Part shown: positions 37,504 through 52,102 of the stretch, piece by piece
How the letters are laid out: each line of letters begins with the position of its first letter
Position numbering within the stretch: the first letter of the stretch is position 1
Assembly: GCF_009914755.1 (NCBI RefSeq)
Contig: NC_060926.1
Reading direction: 5' to 3' (one strand)
DNA from: the human T2T-CHM13v2.0 reference genome, Homo sapiens
DNA length: 64,000 nt
The notes under the pieces: generated by a model
Database searches by the model: none
What the model saw: the letters and a program-made list of their open reading frames with translations, nothing else
What the model was told of the DNA's origin: nothing
Made by a program: the position numbers and the translations under genes

Positions 37504-38817
37504 CTCTCTCTTTCTCTCTCTGTCTCTCTCTCACACACACACACACCCCTCTAAAGTTCAAGAAGAGAACCTCCTCGAAGGCAAGATGATCCAGATGATC
37601 TCAGAAATAAAAGTGCCCAGAAAGGAAAGATCTTCACTATTGATGAAAGCTGATGTCTTTGTACAGCAGACAGTCAGAAATGCAACTTGTTACCTGTTGG
37701 ATTCTATCTTAACATGGGGCTCAGAATTGAGGGGTGTTCACTCTTTCATTCAAGGTCTCCCTTGATTTAGGCTACTTAAATCATTTGCTTCCTTATGGCT
37801 TGTATATCTACCCTTCTCTTAATAGTCTATTTAAAGCTAGAAGATGAACCTCATTTTTTCCAAATGTAATTTGAGAGAATTTGCATGATACACGCAGTAA
37901 CAAGTGGCTCCTGAATTATGTATGATCCCCTCTAATGGGTCGGAGCTTGTTTGGAAAGTGTGGTCTTATAAACTACCAGGTTTGCTTTTTATGGCAAATT
38001 GAATGCCATTCCCCCGTCTTGCTTTACATATTCTCCTAATTAGGGGAGATAAAATAGATTTTAGACCTGAAAAAAGAAATTTCTTTCCAAGAGCCCACAC
38101 TTGTATGGAGAATTAAGCTCATTCCAGTCAGCTGCACCCTCTAATTTAGAGCTGTTGTCAGCATAAAGTATAATCATAAAAGATTTCTCCATCAGTGGCT
38201 CTTACGCAATAGATTTCCTAAGGTGACTTTTTCAAGCTAAGGAGGGGACGGTGAGGTTTGCTTCTTCAAGGTGGCCTGGGGGGAGGCTGGGATGAGACTT
38301 GGGTTTCACCAAGGATGACTTAAACTGTTCTGCAGTTTGCTTATCTATTCCTGGGGAAGCAGAGTGAGTTTGAAATGAATCATTGCTACCACTTACTGGA
38401 CTCTGACAGCACCCCAGGCAGATGAGCTAGGTGCTTGGGTGGTGCAGTCTTGGCATGAGGTGGCTCATTGGTGGCACTCAGTCATCAGGCAGTGAGCGGG
38501 CACCCGTGCTTGGGGTGCAGTGGGAGCTCGAGGTGCAGTAGCCAAAACAGAGGCCTTTCCCGCCCTGCTGCACGGTACACAGAGGAGTGAGCAGTGGGGT
38601 TGGTTGGGGTGAAGGTTGTGAAGAGGAGTGAGCCGAGCATGGAGGGAAGGTTGGAGGGTTGCTTATAGTTATCCGGGAACCGTTGAAGCTTTGTGATTCT
38701 GGGTAGTGGAGTTGCTGCTTTCTGTTCTCACTCTAAGTGGGAAGAGACTCTTTCAAAGAGAGTGTAACTCCCCCCTCCCACCACTTCAGGCCATAGAAAT
38801 ACACCATCTCCATAGAG

Positions 38818-39038
38818 CAGGGGTGTCCAATCTTTTGGCTTCCCTGGGACACACTGGAAAAAGAATTGTCTTGGGCCACACATAAAATACACTAACACTA
38901 ACGATAGCTGATGAGCTAAAAAAAAAAAAAAAAAAATCACACACAGAAAAATCTCATAATATTTTAAGAAATTTGACGAATTTGTTTTGGGTCGCATTCA
39001 AAGCTGTCCTGGGCTGGGCTGTGGGTTGAAGAAGCATG
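38818..39038 (+). mobile_element. MER30 (hAT-Charlie MITE)
   Basis: caggggtgtccaatcttttggcttccctggg...cataaaatacactaacactaacgatagctgatgagct. Confidence 0.92.
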
Positions 39039-39379
39039 CTGTGGAGCAAGGGCACACACAGATGCAAGAGGGAAAGCGCCAACACCAAACACCATTCTCC
39101 GGTCAAGAGGCAACGCCTCTATCCTTTCTGGGCTCCAGAACACAAACCTGAAGGAAGAGCCAGACAGTCCAAAAGCCATGTATTTTAAGACCAGAGAGAG
39201 CAGGAAGATTCTTGTCTCTCTATATAGCCTATTTTTCCAGCCTCATTTCCAGCTCAGGCATATCCTCTTATTGGCTCAGCTGTTCATGAGAGTGTATTCT
39301 TTTATCAGGGTGACTCCCTTGCCACCCACAGACCATAACTCCCAATGGGACAGTCATATCAGAGCCTATATTGTCCTTA

Positions 39380-39594
39380 TGAAATGGCAAATTTCCCCTG
39401 GAAAGGGCCATATAGCAAATATGCTGTGGGCCACACGGTCTCTGTTGCAACTCTTCAAGTGTTCTATTGTAGCCTGAAAATGGTGATAGACAATAGGTCA
39501 ATGGATGAATGTGGCTGGGCTCCAAGAAAACTTTATTTATAAGAAGTTTGGCAGAGGGCTGGATTTGGTCCAAGCCATAACTTGTCAACCACTG
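39380..39594 (-). mobile_element. MER58A
   Basis: ggccacacggtctctgttgcaactc...aaaactttatttataa...ggctggatttgg...cttgtcaaccactg. Confidence 0.85.
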
Positions 39595-39595
39595 G

Positions 39596-40307
39596 TGTTT
39601 TGGTGTGAATGTTTGTGTCCCCTGCCAAATTAATATGTTGAAGTCCTTACCCCCCTGGTGATGGTATTAGGAGGTGGGCCCTTTGGCAGCTGATCAGGTC
39701 AGGGAGACACGGGTTTAGTGCCTGATATGGTTTGGCTCTTTGTCCCCACCCAAATCTCAGCTTGAATTGTAGTTCCCACGTGTCAAAGGAGGGACCTGGT
39801 GGGACGTGATTGAATCATGGGGTTGGTTCCCCCATGCTCTTCTCTTGATAGTGAATGAATTCTCATGAAATCTGATGGTTTAAAAGTGTGCGGCAGTTCC
39901 TCCTTTACTCCCTCTCTCCTGCTGCCATGTAAGACGTGCCTTGCTTCCCCTTCACCTTCTGCCATGATTGTAAGTTTCCTGACTCCTCCCCAGCCATGTG
40001 AAACTGTGAGTCAATTAAACCTCTTTTCTTCATAAATTACCTAGTCTCAGGTAGTTCTTGATATGAGTATGAGAACCGATTAATACAGTGCCCTTGCCAA
40101 AGAGGCCTGAGGGACACTCCTTGTTCCCTCCACCATGGGAGGACAAAGCAAGAAGGTACCATCCATGAGTCAGAAAACAGATCCTCACCAGGTATCAAAC
40201 CTGCCTTCACCTTGGACTTTCCCAGGCTCAGAATTTGAGAAATAAATTTGTTTTTTATAAGCTACCCAGTTTATGGAATTTTGTTACAGCAGCCTGGGTC
40301 TAGACAT
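39596..40307 (+). mobile_element. MLT1A0-type LTR interrupted by THE1D
   Basis: tgaatgtttgtgtcccc...gatggtattaggaggtggg before the insertion; gagaaataaatttg...ttttgttacagcagcct after it. Confidence 0.85.
39723..40087 (+). mobile_element. THE1D-type solo LTR
   Basis: tgatatggtttggctc...taataca with perfect TSD GTGCC (39718-39722 / 40088-40092). Confidence 0.93.
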
Positions 40308-40827
40308 CTTACATATGTCAGTGTTAAAGACATATTTAGTATATTATTAATCTAGTCAAATTGTTTCCAGCCTCTTCTCTAGCAACAGATGGAGATAATT
40401 CCTACCTGTCTTAGTCTTGATTGTCTGCTGAAAACTGCTGTGAGTAAGAACATTCACCTTCCCCAGGTCAAGCAACGGTTGCACCTCAGTCCATTCTATA
40501 ATCAAACAGAGCCACAAAACATCATGCCAGGTGAGAAAAATGCATCTTATTAGAACATATAGCTCTGACTCAATGGAACCCTGCAATATACAAGTCCAGG
40601 CAGAAAAACTTTTCCAAGAAAACATCTGCATTCAAGTTAATGGTACCTTCAGTTTTTCCCCCAAAAAAATGATGAGAGGAGGATCTTAACTTTACATTTT
40701 TATAACAAAAGAGCCTCTCAAGAGAGTTCTCTTCAAAATAAAAGCATCATCTTTGCCCAGGGAAATTTTACTTCTGTACCCCTGAGAGGCAGAAGTATGC
40801 TCACAACTTTGAAAAGGGGGGTTGGAG

Positions 40828-41140
<313 letters not shown>

Positions 41141-42909
41141 TAGACAGACCTAACCTAGATCTGGGATTGGATAAGGTTTTCATGGCAGAGGTCACCAGAG
41201 CTGAGAGCAGAGGATGGGAAACAGTCGGGTGGACAGCTAGCGAAAGTAAGAAAAATCCAGGAGAAACAGCATGGGCTGCTTCTCTTGTAGGGGAGAAAAA
41301 AGCCCAGAAACTGCTAGAATTGGAGAGAGGTTTAGTGAGGCTGGAGCAGGGAGCACAAGGATGTCCTGGAAAGGTAAGCAGAGGCCAAGTGGTGCAGAGT
41401 CCAGGTGGTGCAGGATGGGTTATGATGCTTGGAACGGAGCCTATGAAGCATTTTAAGCAGAGAGGTCATGTCCTCAGATCAGCCTCGTGGACAAAATCAC
41501 AATGGTTATGACTCACAGAGCATTTTATTCTGCACTAGGACCTGAGCTCCGTGCTGTCCACATACAATCCTTTTATCCCGGGGAGCAGCCTGGCATGGGA
41601 CAAAGAGCCCAGGACCTGGAGGCCAACTCCTGGGTCACGCACCTGAGAATGAAGACCACTCTCCTTGTTCTCCTCTAAACTCAGACCTCAGAATGGAGTC
41701 CACAGACCTTTGAGTCTTCAAACAAATAATTAAGTAACTGGGCAAAAAAAAAAGCAATAACCAATATTCAAGAGATGCTCATTTCATGGCTAATTTCTTC
41801 AGACTCTGAATGTATCAGTTTTGTGCAGTGGCTGAACTGGACCCATTCAAATAATAAAGAGAATTTAGACACTGTAAAGAATGAAGAGTGGAATAATTAA
41901 GACACATTTGTGAGCTCAGTGTGAAACAAAGAAGTCAGCTCCAAGAAGTCACCTTATTCTTGGGAGAAAAAGAGAAAGAGAGGGTAGTCTTTTGTTTTCT
42001 CTCAATTGCCTTTGGGATGTCAAACACATTTTTTTTACATCTTAAGTTTTCTGCTGATTTTTTGTTTGTTCTTGGAGGGCAGGAGGTAGGAAGGGTTCTG
42101 CTCCAGTGCCCTAGCATGGATTTTGTAAAAGAGTCCAGTGGAGCTGCGAGATAATAAAGAATATTTTGCCTCTCACAGGGAGGCTCCAACCCCAGACTGA
42201 CAATGACCCCAAGTGTGCATCTCCAATTTACTTTTTTCCTTTGAAATGTCACTAACACAGGCCATTATCATCTTTTTTTATAAAAAGTAAGAAGCTTTTA
42301 AAAACTACCAGGAAAAAAGGAATGGTCTGCTGCCTTCAGTACTTAGAGAAATCATGGGGAATAGAAAAGCATTTAAGACCCCCCGATTTCACAAATAGTC
42401 TTGGCCCTTTTTGTCTTGTCTTCCAGGAAGCTTGGAGTTTAATCTGGTATTCAATTGCTGTTTAAGTGTGATTTTAAGATAGTAAATGTGATTTTAATAT
42501 GAGTTACTGCTTTTTACTTTCTGCCTCTATCTTCTGTGGTTTTAGTGTATGGTGTGTGTGTGTGTGTGTGTGTATGTGTGTGTGCAAGTGTATACACACT
42601 ATATAAAAACCACCTCAAATCCTTTACAAAAATAACAAGAATAATATATTTTAGAAGCCAGAAAATCCTGCTTCCTGCTGTAGTCACCATTTATTGGTCT
42701 CATTTATGAAGCTAGAACATAAGAGAAACCATGCCTTAGCAAACTGAACAAGGGTCCCTCACCTCCCCTAGTAGTCCTTCATCTGAGAATAGAAGATACG
42801 AGACAGGCACTAAGGACATTGGTTCCATTTTTTCTCCCAGAAAACCTTTCCTAAAGCAGTCTCCTGAAATCAATAAGGCAGCCCTGTTTCCTTCAGTAGA
42901 GTGTACAGT

Positions 42910-43465
42910 AGTTGGTAACAGGTTGTATTTTCAAATACAGCCGCAGTAACATCTTTCATCCCATCTGCTCTTCTAATGTGACTTTGACATTCTTCCCACA
43001 GAGAGGTGAAGTCTGTTTCCCTCCCCATAAATGTGGGTAGGTTGGTGACGTGGTGGACGTAATGCAATATGACTTCCAAGGCTAGGTTGTAAAGGTGACA
43101 CAACTTCTGCCTACCTCATTTTAGAACACTTGCTCTTGGAACACAACCACCATGTTGTGAGGAAGCCCAAGTAGCCACATAGAGAGGCCACGTGTAAGTG
43201 CCCTGACCAATAGTCCTCACTGAAGTTCCAGTGAATAGCCCGCCTCAACCGTGAGACAAGTGAGTGACAAGCTTTCAGATAATTCTAGCTTCCAGTTGTC
43301 AAGTCACCCCACCCTTTCAGTTTTCCCAGAAGAGGCTCCAGACAACATGGAGCAGAAAGAGTTGCCACCATGACCTTTCCAAATTCCTGACCCACAGGGT
43401 CTGTGAGCATAATATACGGGTTGTTGGTTGACAACCCTAAATTTGGGGTGGTTTGTAGGAAAAGT
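42910..43465 (+). mobile_element. MLT1F/G-type MaLR LTR
   Basis: catcccatctgctcttctaatgtgactttgac...gtgaggaagcccaag...aaattcctgacccacag...ggggtggtttgt. Confidence 0.8.
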
Positions 43466-46400
43466 GGACATCAAATTGGATAACTGTGGTTCAAATCCTA
43501 GTGTTACCACTTGGTGACCTTAACCAAGTCATTTAACTCACATAGTTCTTATGCTTCTCATTTGCAAATGAGATTAATATCTGCTTCACAGAGGTTTGTT
43601 CAGGGTTATATAAAATTTTGTACAGGAAAGCATTTGGTAAATATAAAGGAATGCTATTCAAACAGGAAGAACTATTACTTTTTAATTGCAGAAATGTCTG
43701 CAGCAATCCAAAGGTGAATTCAGCAGGAATTCTACATGACCCTGGTGGATATGCTAGATGGGGTCCTTGGGGCAGATGCTTCTACCTTAACCTTGATTGT
43801 GACCTAAAAGGTAGTCATGAGTAATCCAGAAAGGAAGTGAAAAAGTATGTGAAATACATTTAATATTATACTTGTACTAAATAGGGTTGTTTTGAGCATT
43901 AAATGGTATAATACATTCATAATAAGGTTGAACATACATTTTTCAGAAATTCTTTGAGACTTACCTGCAAGCCAGGCTTATCCCCATTCCATGTAGAAAA
44001 CTAGGGGATTCTTCTTTAGAGAAAATGTATAGGATACAGTATTTAGTAAGTGTTCAATAAATGTACACTATTATTCTTGTGTGATCTGAAATGGTCTTAT
44101 TTCTGTGCAAAGTATTTCTTTTGGAGGAAATATCTTTCTTGAGATTTTTTAGGAAAAATCCAGTGTCTCTCTGTCTCTGTCTCTCTCTCGCTCCCATCCC
44201 CTTTTCCCTTCTCTTTTTCCCCCTCTCTCTCCCTCCCTCCTTCACTCTTTTCCTTCCTCTCCCGCTCCCTCTGCAGAGCTCTACAATTTTGAATTGGCCT
44301 AGACTATGGTGAGATTTCCTCTGTTTAAACCCAACATGTGTATATGAGCAAATCTTATGAGTTCAGTGATTTCACACACACACTAGCTCATTTAGTACCG
44401 GGGACTGCCCAGTGAGTTGGCAATCACAGCACCCGTTTTACAGACGACAACAGTGAGGCTCAGGCAGATTCGTGGTCTTATCCAGGATGTAGCATCAGCG
44501 AATGGCAGAGCTTGGACTGGGGAGAGCCCTTTTCTCTTGATCTGTTTCTTACTCCATATTCTAGAGGCCTGAGACGATGTCATTCTGTTTTTAAACATTA
44601 CAATTAACCCCTAAACTGAAGCTGAGGAAAGAGTTAGCATGCTGGTTTATAAAGGCTAGACTCATTTTGATACAAAACCAAGATATTTGATGCACAATGT
44701 GAACATATTGCTCATTTTCAGCAAAATCAATTTTGTTTTGTTTTGTTTTGTTTTTTGTTTTTACCGTAGGGGCCACTCATGCACTCAGGCAAAGTGGAGA
44801 GACTAGAACTCAAAACCTGTGCTTTCTTTAGCAGATCATACCCTTTCCCCCAATAAAAAAGGGGCAGGGGATGCTAGAGAACAGTTCAAATCCAACATCA
44901 CTGATGTCAGGCACCAAATAAACTCAGCAGATGTTATTATGTCTGTACGGGTTTTGTTTTCCCCTTCCTGGAAAGAGAAATAATGAGCTCTTGAAATTCA
45001 GATTCCCATTGACTCTGAAGTCATAAACATATTTAAAAACAGTGTGAGTCTGTGACATTTACAATCACAAAATTCATGTCAGAGAATAAATCCAGCATTA
45101 CCTCCAATCACTGAATATGGAATACCCATTCATCTCCACCCACGTGTTGGGGGACACACACTTCAGAACGATGATATTCAGAAAATGCCAGGAGGAGTGC
45201 ATGTCAGAGGTAACCACCCTCAGCAACCCAGCCTGTCAACAGTTGCAAATGCACGAAAAATGAGGGGAACCGGAAGACAGCAGCAGGAAGGAGATAATAG
45301 AGCAACTGAGAGCAGCCAGCCTTGACGTTTGTCAACCTCTGCCCGAAACAGCACATGTGGCTTTGCTGAGAGGCACAGGTGTGTGGGCTGAGCTCAGCAG
45401 ATGAATGTCACATCCGGGAGGAGGCATGTGCATTTCTCAGCTTGAAATGCTTCCCCAACAAAACCAAATAAGGTTCCTGCAGATGACGTCAGGAGGCTTA
45501 GCTGCTACTGCCACAAAGGGACAATTTATTGAAGAGCTAAAAATGGTCGCCTCCGCAAGGCTGACAGGCAAATATTTGAGGGAACGCTCCCCTTGTTTTG
45601 AAGAGACATCTGCCAGCTCCCTGACTGGCACCTTCCTGCATTAGTCATCCTGCTGGGCCTTGCTAAAAACTCCAAATACAGGTTTATCCCTGCCACATCC
45701 TGTTCCCCGAAGGGGCTATTTCCACGGTGCCGGCTGTAAAGTCTTCCTGTCATCTTCCTCTCAAGTGCTCTCTGTCTATCTCTGCAGAGGATGATGGAGA
45801 GGGGAGATAAGGAACATTCCATGGATAGAAACACACATCCCCTCAAGAGATATCTTAAGAGCACCTTTGCTTTACTTTTGAACCTACATCTAGCGTACAG
45901 ATGAGGGCAAGGAAGATGTTGAAACGTTAAAAGAAACATCCCTCCGTTTTGCTAATAGTTTTTATAATTAAAGGTTGAGCAAAGGGTGCCCAAAGAGTCA
46001 TCCTGACCTCCTGCAACAAGTCATTTTGGAACACTAGCTCTGCAAAAGAAACAAACTGGTCCGTGCAGTATTCTCTAGACTACTCACTCATCAGCCCGTT
46101 GAAATATGTACTTGGTTATTTTCTGCTTTCAGCGTGTCTTGTCACCCCAAATAGATCAGAAGATCTGGAAGCCTACTGTTATCATTTACCCCTTTTTGCC
46201 ACCTACAGGGCTTGACCAGGTACTCAGCCCCTTTCTACAATTCTTTATCTCACTTAAGGCTCACAAACAACCCTGTGAAATCGATTACGATCCTTCTTTT
46301 ACAAACAAGAATTAGAGGCTCATTGAGCCCGTGGTCCTGCAGCAAGTCCGCGTCTGCAGAGCTGAGATCCACCTGGAGTTTGTCTGACTCTGAAGCCCAT

Positions 46401-46697
46401 ACCCTCAGCACCTTCATGTTGCAGGGGCCGCTGCAAATCCAACACTGGTTGACGGAGCAGTTTTGATCCTGAGGCCCTTGTGATTTCACTGAAGAGTCAG
46501 TCGAACATGAAACTCAGAACAAACACAAACAACTTAGAAACAAGGGCATGTCTGTGAGATGGGTCTCTGAATGGACTGGATGAATTCTCCACCCACGGGC
46601 TTCGTCCTGCCCTTAGAGCCAAACAGAGCACGTGTGTCCCTCTGCAGCCCTTTGGAGGTTTGCAAGTGGTGGTTACATAACCTCCACACACCCCTCG

Positions 46698-47160
46698 TAT
46701 GATGGTTAATAATGAGTGTCAACTTGATTGGATTGAAAGATACAAAGTATTGATCCTGGGTGTGTCTGTGAGGGTGCTGCCACAGAGATTAACATTTGAG
46801 TCAGTGGGCTGGGAAAAGTAGACCTACCCTTAATCTGAGTGGGCACCATCTAATCAGCTGCCAGCATGGCTAGAATATATGCAGGCAGAAAAATGTGAAA
46901 AGGGAGACTCGCCTAGCCTCCCAGCCTACATCTTTCTCCTGTGCTGAATGCTTCCTGCCCTCAAACATCAGACTTCAAGTTCTTCAGTTTTGGAACTCGG
47001 ACGGGCTCTCCTTGCTCCTCAGACCACAGATAGCCCCTTGTGGGACCTTGTGGTTGTGTGAGTTAATACTATATATATATATTATCCTATATATAAAAAT
47101 ATATATATATATATATATCTCCCATTAGTTCTGTCCCTCTAGAGAAACCTGACTAATACA
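46698..47160 (+). mobile_element. MLT2A1 (HERV-L) solo LTR
   Basis: gatggttaataatgagtgtcaacttgattggattga ... gttctgtccctctagagaaacctgactaataca, with TSD cctcg/ccttg. Lacks the extra segment I recall for MLT2A2. Confidence 0.9.
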
Positions 47161-48447
47161 CCTTGTCACATTGTTGTGACTCCACAGCCTGGCCCCCAGG
47201 GCCCACCCACGGTCCCTCCCCAACACATATGCACACACAGTGTCAAAAGACAACATGCATTCCACAAATTGTGTAGCATGGCTGTGTCCCAGCTCCTACA
47301 GCCCGAGTATGGCTGCCTTGGCAAACCTTCCTGAACTATATGCACCAAGGTAATTTCCAGGCTCAACCCAGGAAAGCCTGACACAGACCAAAGTGTCAAA
47401 TATGTTCTCCATCCCCATCAACCTCCCAGCCTATTAAATAAAATATAATGTTTGTTTCCTGAAAGAATGACTTTTATGTTTGGCTTGTGTTTATTACTAT
47501 TGATTCAGATACAATTGCATTCATAAAATGTGTATTGAGCAACTTCTCTGCGTGAGGCACTTTTTAGGTCCTTTGGGGAAGACAGGAGTCGCTACACAAT
47601 CCTGGCCCTCAAGCAGCTCCCATCCAAGGCAGAGGTACTTCTGAGTGGCCACATTGCTGGCCACTTTTTATCGAACACATCACTACAGCACACATCCACT
47701 GGCTTTGTTTTTGCATATCTATCCTCTAAAAAAAAGGCAGCAGAATAGAGGAGAAAGTGCATGGGCTTCGCAGTCAGCTCTGGGTTCAAATCCAAGCTTT
47801 GCCAACTCAGAAACAGTCCCATATGTTACGATACAGGTGGTTGCGTTGGTTTATGAGATCTGGTTTTAGCACATGCATGTTTTGAAGGAATGGGGCAGGG
47901 CAACTTTCTCACAGTTAAAGAGAAGGCCATAGCAATATATAAAGCCTTAAGGTAAAAGCTGACAATTTGCAGAAGTGCCTTTCTTTACTGCAAAGTGGCT
48001 GGCTTAGAGGCTACTAGAACTACTAAGCTTTCCATGAGGTTAAGCTATTTGGTGTAGCTATGAGTAGAGATAATCCTCCTGTAGTAAAACAGTGGGCTAA
48101 TGAAGACGGCCACACCCTCAATCCAATTTTTAATTTAGATAGAAAGCAGTCTCCACAACCTAATCTCAAAAGAGGACGTACACATCCCATGGCTTAAGGT
48201 GGCAAAGAATAGACTGCTTGTGTTGCTGGTACACATACCAGTGACATTCTACATACTCTGCTGGTGTTTTCATTACTCATTTTTAGTTGGTTTTGTCAGC
48301 TTTGCGGTTACTAGATTTTGAGTGGCTTGCTTTAACTATTTTCCTCTAAGCCCTGTGCTTTTACACGCAATCTTAAAGAACCCAAGGATGTTTAGGGCCA
48401 CACATATGCCATTACAGCAAAAATGCATTGAGATGTATGTGTTTGTT

Positions 48448-48451
<4 letters not shown>

Positions 48452-48486
<35 letters not shown>
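48452..48486 (+). repeat. (TG)17 microsatellite
   Basis: Perfect dinucleotide run. Confidence 0.95.
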
Positions 48487-48487
<1 letters not shown>

Positions 48488-48763
48488 TTCATGCCTAGTG
48501 TATGGTGGGTGATTTATAAAGGAAAGCTTTTATTATGGTTTAATCTTCACTCTGAACCTGGAGTTCCAGTTGAGACCTGGTCACTGTGAGACTCAGACCA
48601 GCACTGGCTGCTGGTCCTAGAGGCTGCAGGAAGAGGAGCATCTGAGTCCCAGGCTTGTCTCTGCCTGGACTGGGCAGACCACTGGGCACTGAGTCACTGG
48701 CTCCTGCCCTCTTACTGCAGCTCCCACTCCTGCTGCAAAAGTATGATGGAATTTTACTCCAAA

Positions 48764-48945
48764 CAGGAGCTTCTCAAAATGAGGTACACCAACCAGTAGC
48801 CTCGGCAGCACCTGGCAACTTTTAGAAATGAGAATTCTCAGGCTTGACCTACTGGATCAGAAATTCTGGGGTGGGGGGCCCAGAACATGAGTTATAACAA
48901 GCTCTATGAAGGATTCTGATGCATGCTCGAAGTTGAGAGCCACCC
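48764..48945. mobile_element. MER5A (hAT-Charlie MITE)
   Basis: ttctcaaaatgagg...gacctactggatcagaaattctggggtgggg...gattctgatgcatgctcgaagttgagagccac. Confidence 0.85.
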
Positions 48946-49129
48946 ATCTAAACATAAGGTGAATGCTTTCTTCGAGACTCCCTGAGTTGGAGAAAACACT
49001 CTTTCATTCATTCATTTTTCCATTTCTCATTGGAAAAATATCTATTGAGTATCTAGCGTGAACTTGATACTGTTCTAAGTGTTGAGAATGAGTAAAACAG
49101 AGAAACATCTTTGCCACCTTGGAACAACA

Positions 49130-49370
49130 GAAAGCAATGGTTAAGATCTCAAAGTCAGGGGCTGGCTGGCCTGGTATGAATCTCAACTGTGCCACTCACT
49201 AGCTGTGTGACTCAAGGCAAGTTACTTAAATGCTTGTGCTTCAGTGTCCCCATTTGTGCAGTGAGATGATAGTGGTCCCTATTTCATAGAGTTGTGGTAA
49301 AGAATAAATAGACTATGGTGTTTAAAGCCCTGTTTGGTACCTAGTACGCACTTAAAATGGCAGTTATTCA
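49130..49370 (+). mobile_element. MIR
   Basis: gccactcactagctgtgtgactcaaggcaagttacttaa is the MIR core. Confidence 0.8.
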
Positions 49371-50335
49371 TGACACATATTTAAGGATGGCAATAGTGGT
49401 CATCTTGAGTTAAATCTGATTTCAGGATAAAATGTGATGCATATCTTCTACAAGACCAGAAGAAACCTTTGTGATGATGGACTGCAGACGGCTGATAAAG
49501 GCAATTTTAAAAGAAAACTCAATGAAAGTCCAACACCCCCAGTCAGAAGCAGATGGGTAGAAGCAGTCTGGGAGCTGCTCACCACAAGGGGCTGAGAGGG
49601 GCTGTGGCATAAATGAAGGGGACAGATGAGCAAGGCTGCCATGTCCAGTGAGAATGACCTGCCCGAAGAACGTCCCAGGCATTCACTAAGTGAACCAGAA
49701 CCCAGGATGCAGTGAGTCTGGGACAGGGAGCAATAGGGAGCACCTCTCAGAGCGCAGAACACATGGCAGAGCAGATAGATGGTATAGGTCTGGCCCCTAT
49801 CCCCGTGGGCCAGGCTCAGCAGGGAGCCCCACATGGCAGGCATCACTGGGGCTGTCAATAGACAACAGAGTGAGCACGACCCACACATAATGGGTACAAG
49901 TGCAGAGAAGGTTGTGTGCCACCTGCCATGGGCAGGGGACATGACTCTTAGACCTGCATTAAATAAAAAGCCTACATCCTGCTAACCAGTAGTTGAGCTG
50001 GTTACCCGCTGTGTCTGTTCGAGGACAGGGTTGCTCTGTCTGTCCCTTCGGAAGGACCCTGCCACAGGTTCTCAGTAACATCCCTTGTTATCGTGTGCAT
50101 TTAGGAAATGTGAGCTGTCTTCAAGCATCTAAAAAGCAGTTGCATGCTTAAGGAAACCAACTGTTCTGGGTAGCCCTAGAGGGCAGACCTGAGACGGGTA
50201 GGGAAATGTCCCTGGGAGGCAGGATTGTATTCAAGAAAAGGAGAACATTTCTAGGAATGGAGGCTGGTGCAGCCAGCACCCTAAACAGCTGTCCCACAGG
50301 TCTGACGAAGCTATTATCTAGGAAACTTCTATTCA

Positions 50336-50710
<375 letters not shown>

Positions 50711-52102
50711 CTAATTGATTCCTTGGACTAAACATATTAAGGCAATTGCCCCCTTTCTGCTCAGCAAATGTGGCTCTAAGGACCGCCTTTACTCATCATC
50801 TCTCATTTACGTAGCCTGCAAAATGCGTTGCTGGGAACGCTGAGAGGCATAATTATCACATCAGTTCATGACTGAATTAGGAGTAAACAATTCATTTCCT
50901 GGGTCTCCTGTCGAGTTTAAGACAGCAGGCTCAGATGAAGAAAACTCAGCAGACTTCACCCCAGGGCCTGAAGATAGGCTAAATGTGTTTCAGACTGCAA
51001 ACGTTCAACTGGAGAACTGAGAACCTCCTGGTGCCTTGCTCTGTGCTGGGGACAGAAAGGATGCAGAGATCCCCAGACATGCTTCTTGCACCCCTGGTAA
51101 CCAGGTTGGAAAGAGGGATACAGAGAACCCCCAAACATGTTCCCTGAGCCCTTGGCAACCAGACTGGGAGGAGGAGATTAACATACGAGACAGTCAGAAA
51201 GCAATTAAATATTCACTTGCACACCCCAATCATAGGTACAACCCAAGATGACTTTGATTTGTTAGTAAACTCTTATTGCACAGTGTCATTCCCTGCACAG
51301 TGTCATGTGCTGAAGACCCAAAGGGTAGTCAGACCCAGGCCCTGCCACCAAAGAGGCCACATCTAGTAGGGGAGAAAGAGAGTTATCAGTGGTCACTGTG
51401 GTTCTCTGCAACAAAAACTTAAGTTGAGGGGCAGGCAATGAGCAGGGCCTGAAACTCAGTCTGGGATGTCAAGAAAAGCTTCCGGGAGGAGGCAAGGAAT
51501 GACCTAAATTTTGGAGAACAAGATAGAGAAACAAAGAGGTAAAGGGAGGGCATTCCACGTGCAGAGTGGTACCTGTGTGAAGTCTAGGAATGGGAATATG
51601 CTCAGGTGAAGGTTGGCCGCCCTAACAAAACAAAAACTGAATGGACAGGAATGTGATAGGAGGTTTACGGAAGATTAAACTTGTGAAAGAAATGTTATGT
51701 GTAAACAATCTGGCTAAGAATAGAAGGAAATTATTTATAATTTTTTTAAAAAATTGAGCATTAATTAATATCGCAAGTACACTGATGCAAAACTAGAATT
51801 TGGTGCCCTGTGTTAAAACAATAAGGCTTTCTTGGAGTATTGTTCTGCTCTTAATAGGAAATGATGATAGTTTTCTCTTTACTTTCTAGGTAATTGGCCT
51901 AGGAAACAAAGATTTTGTGTTTGCCAAAATACTTTCCTATGCTTCATGTTGTCTTTATTAGGCTTTCGACATTTAAGAAAACTGAGTCCTCTCAGTTTAA
52001 GAGTTAAGGTTTTTAATAGAGTGTACTTTAAAAAACCTTTTGATATTTGCCTTCGAAGCCATTTAATTATCACTCCAGTTAAATGGTTAAATGAATGACT
52101 AT

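Noticed and set aside
38480-38700. GC-richer patch as CpG island or promoter
   Set aside because: Too short, with only scattered CpGs.
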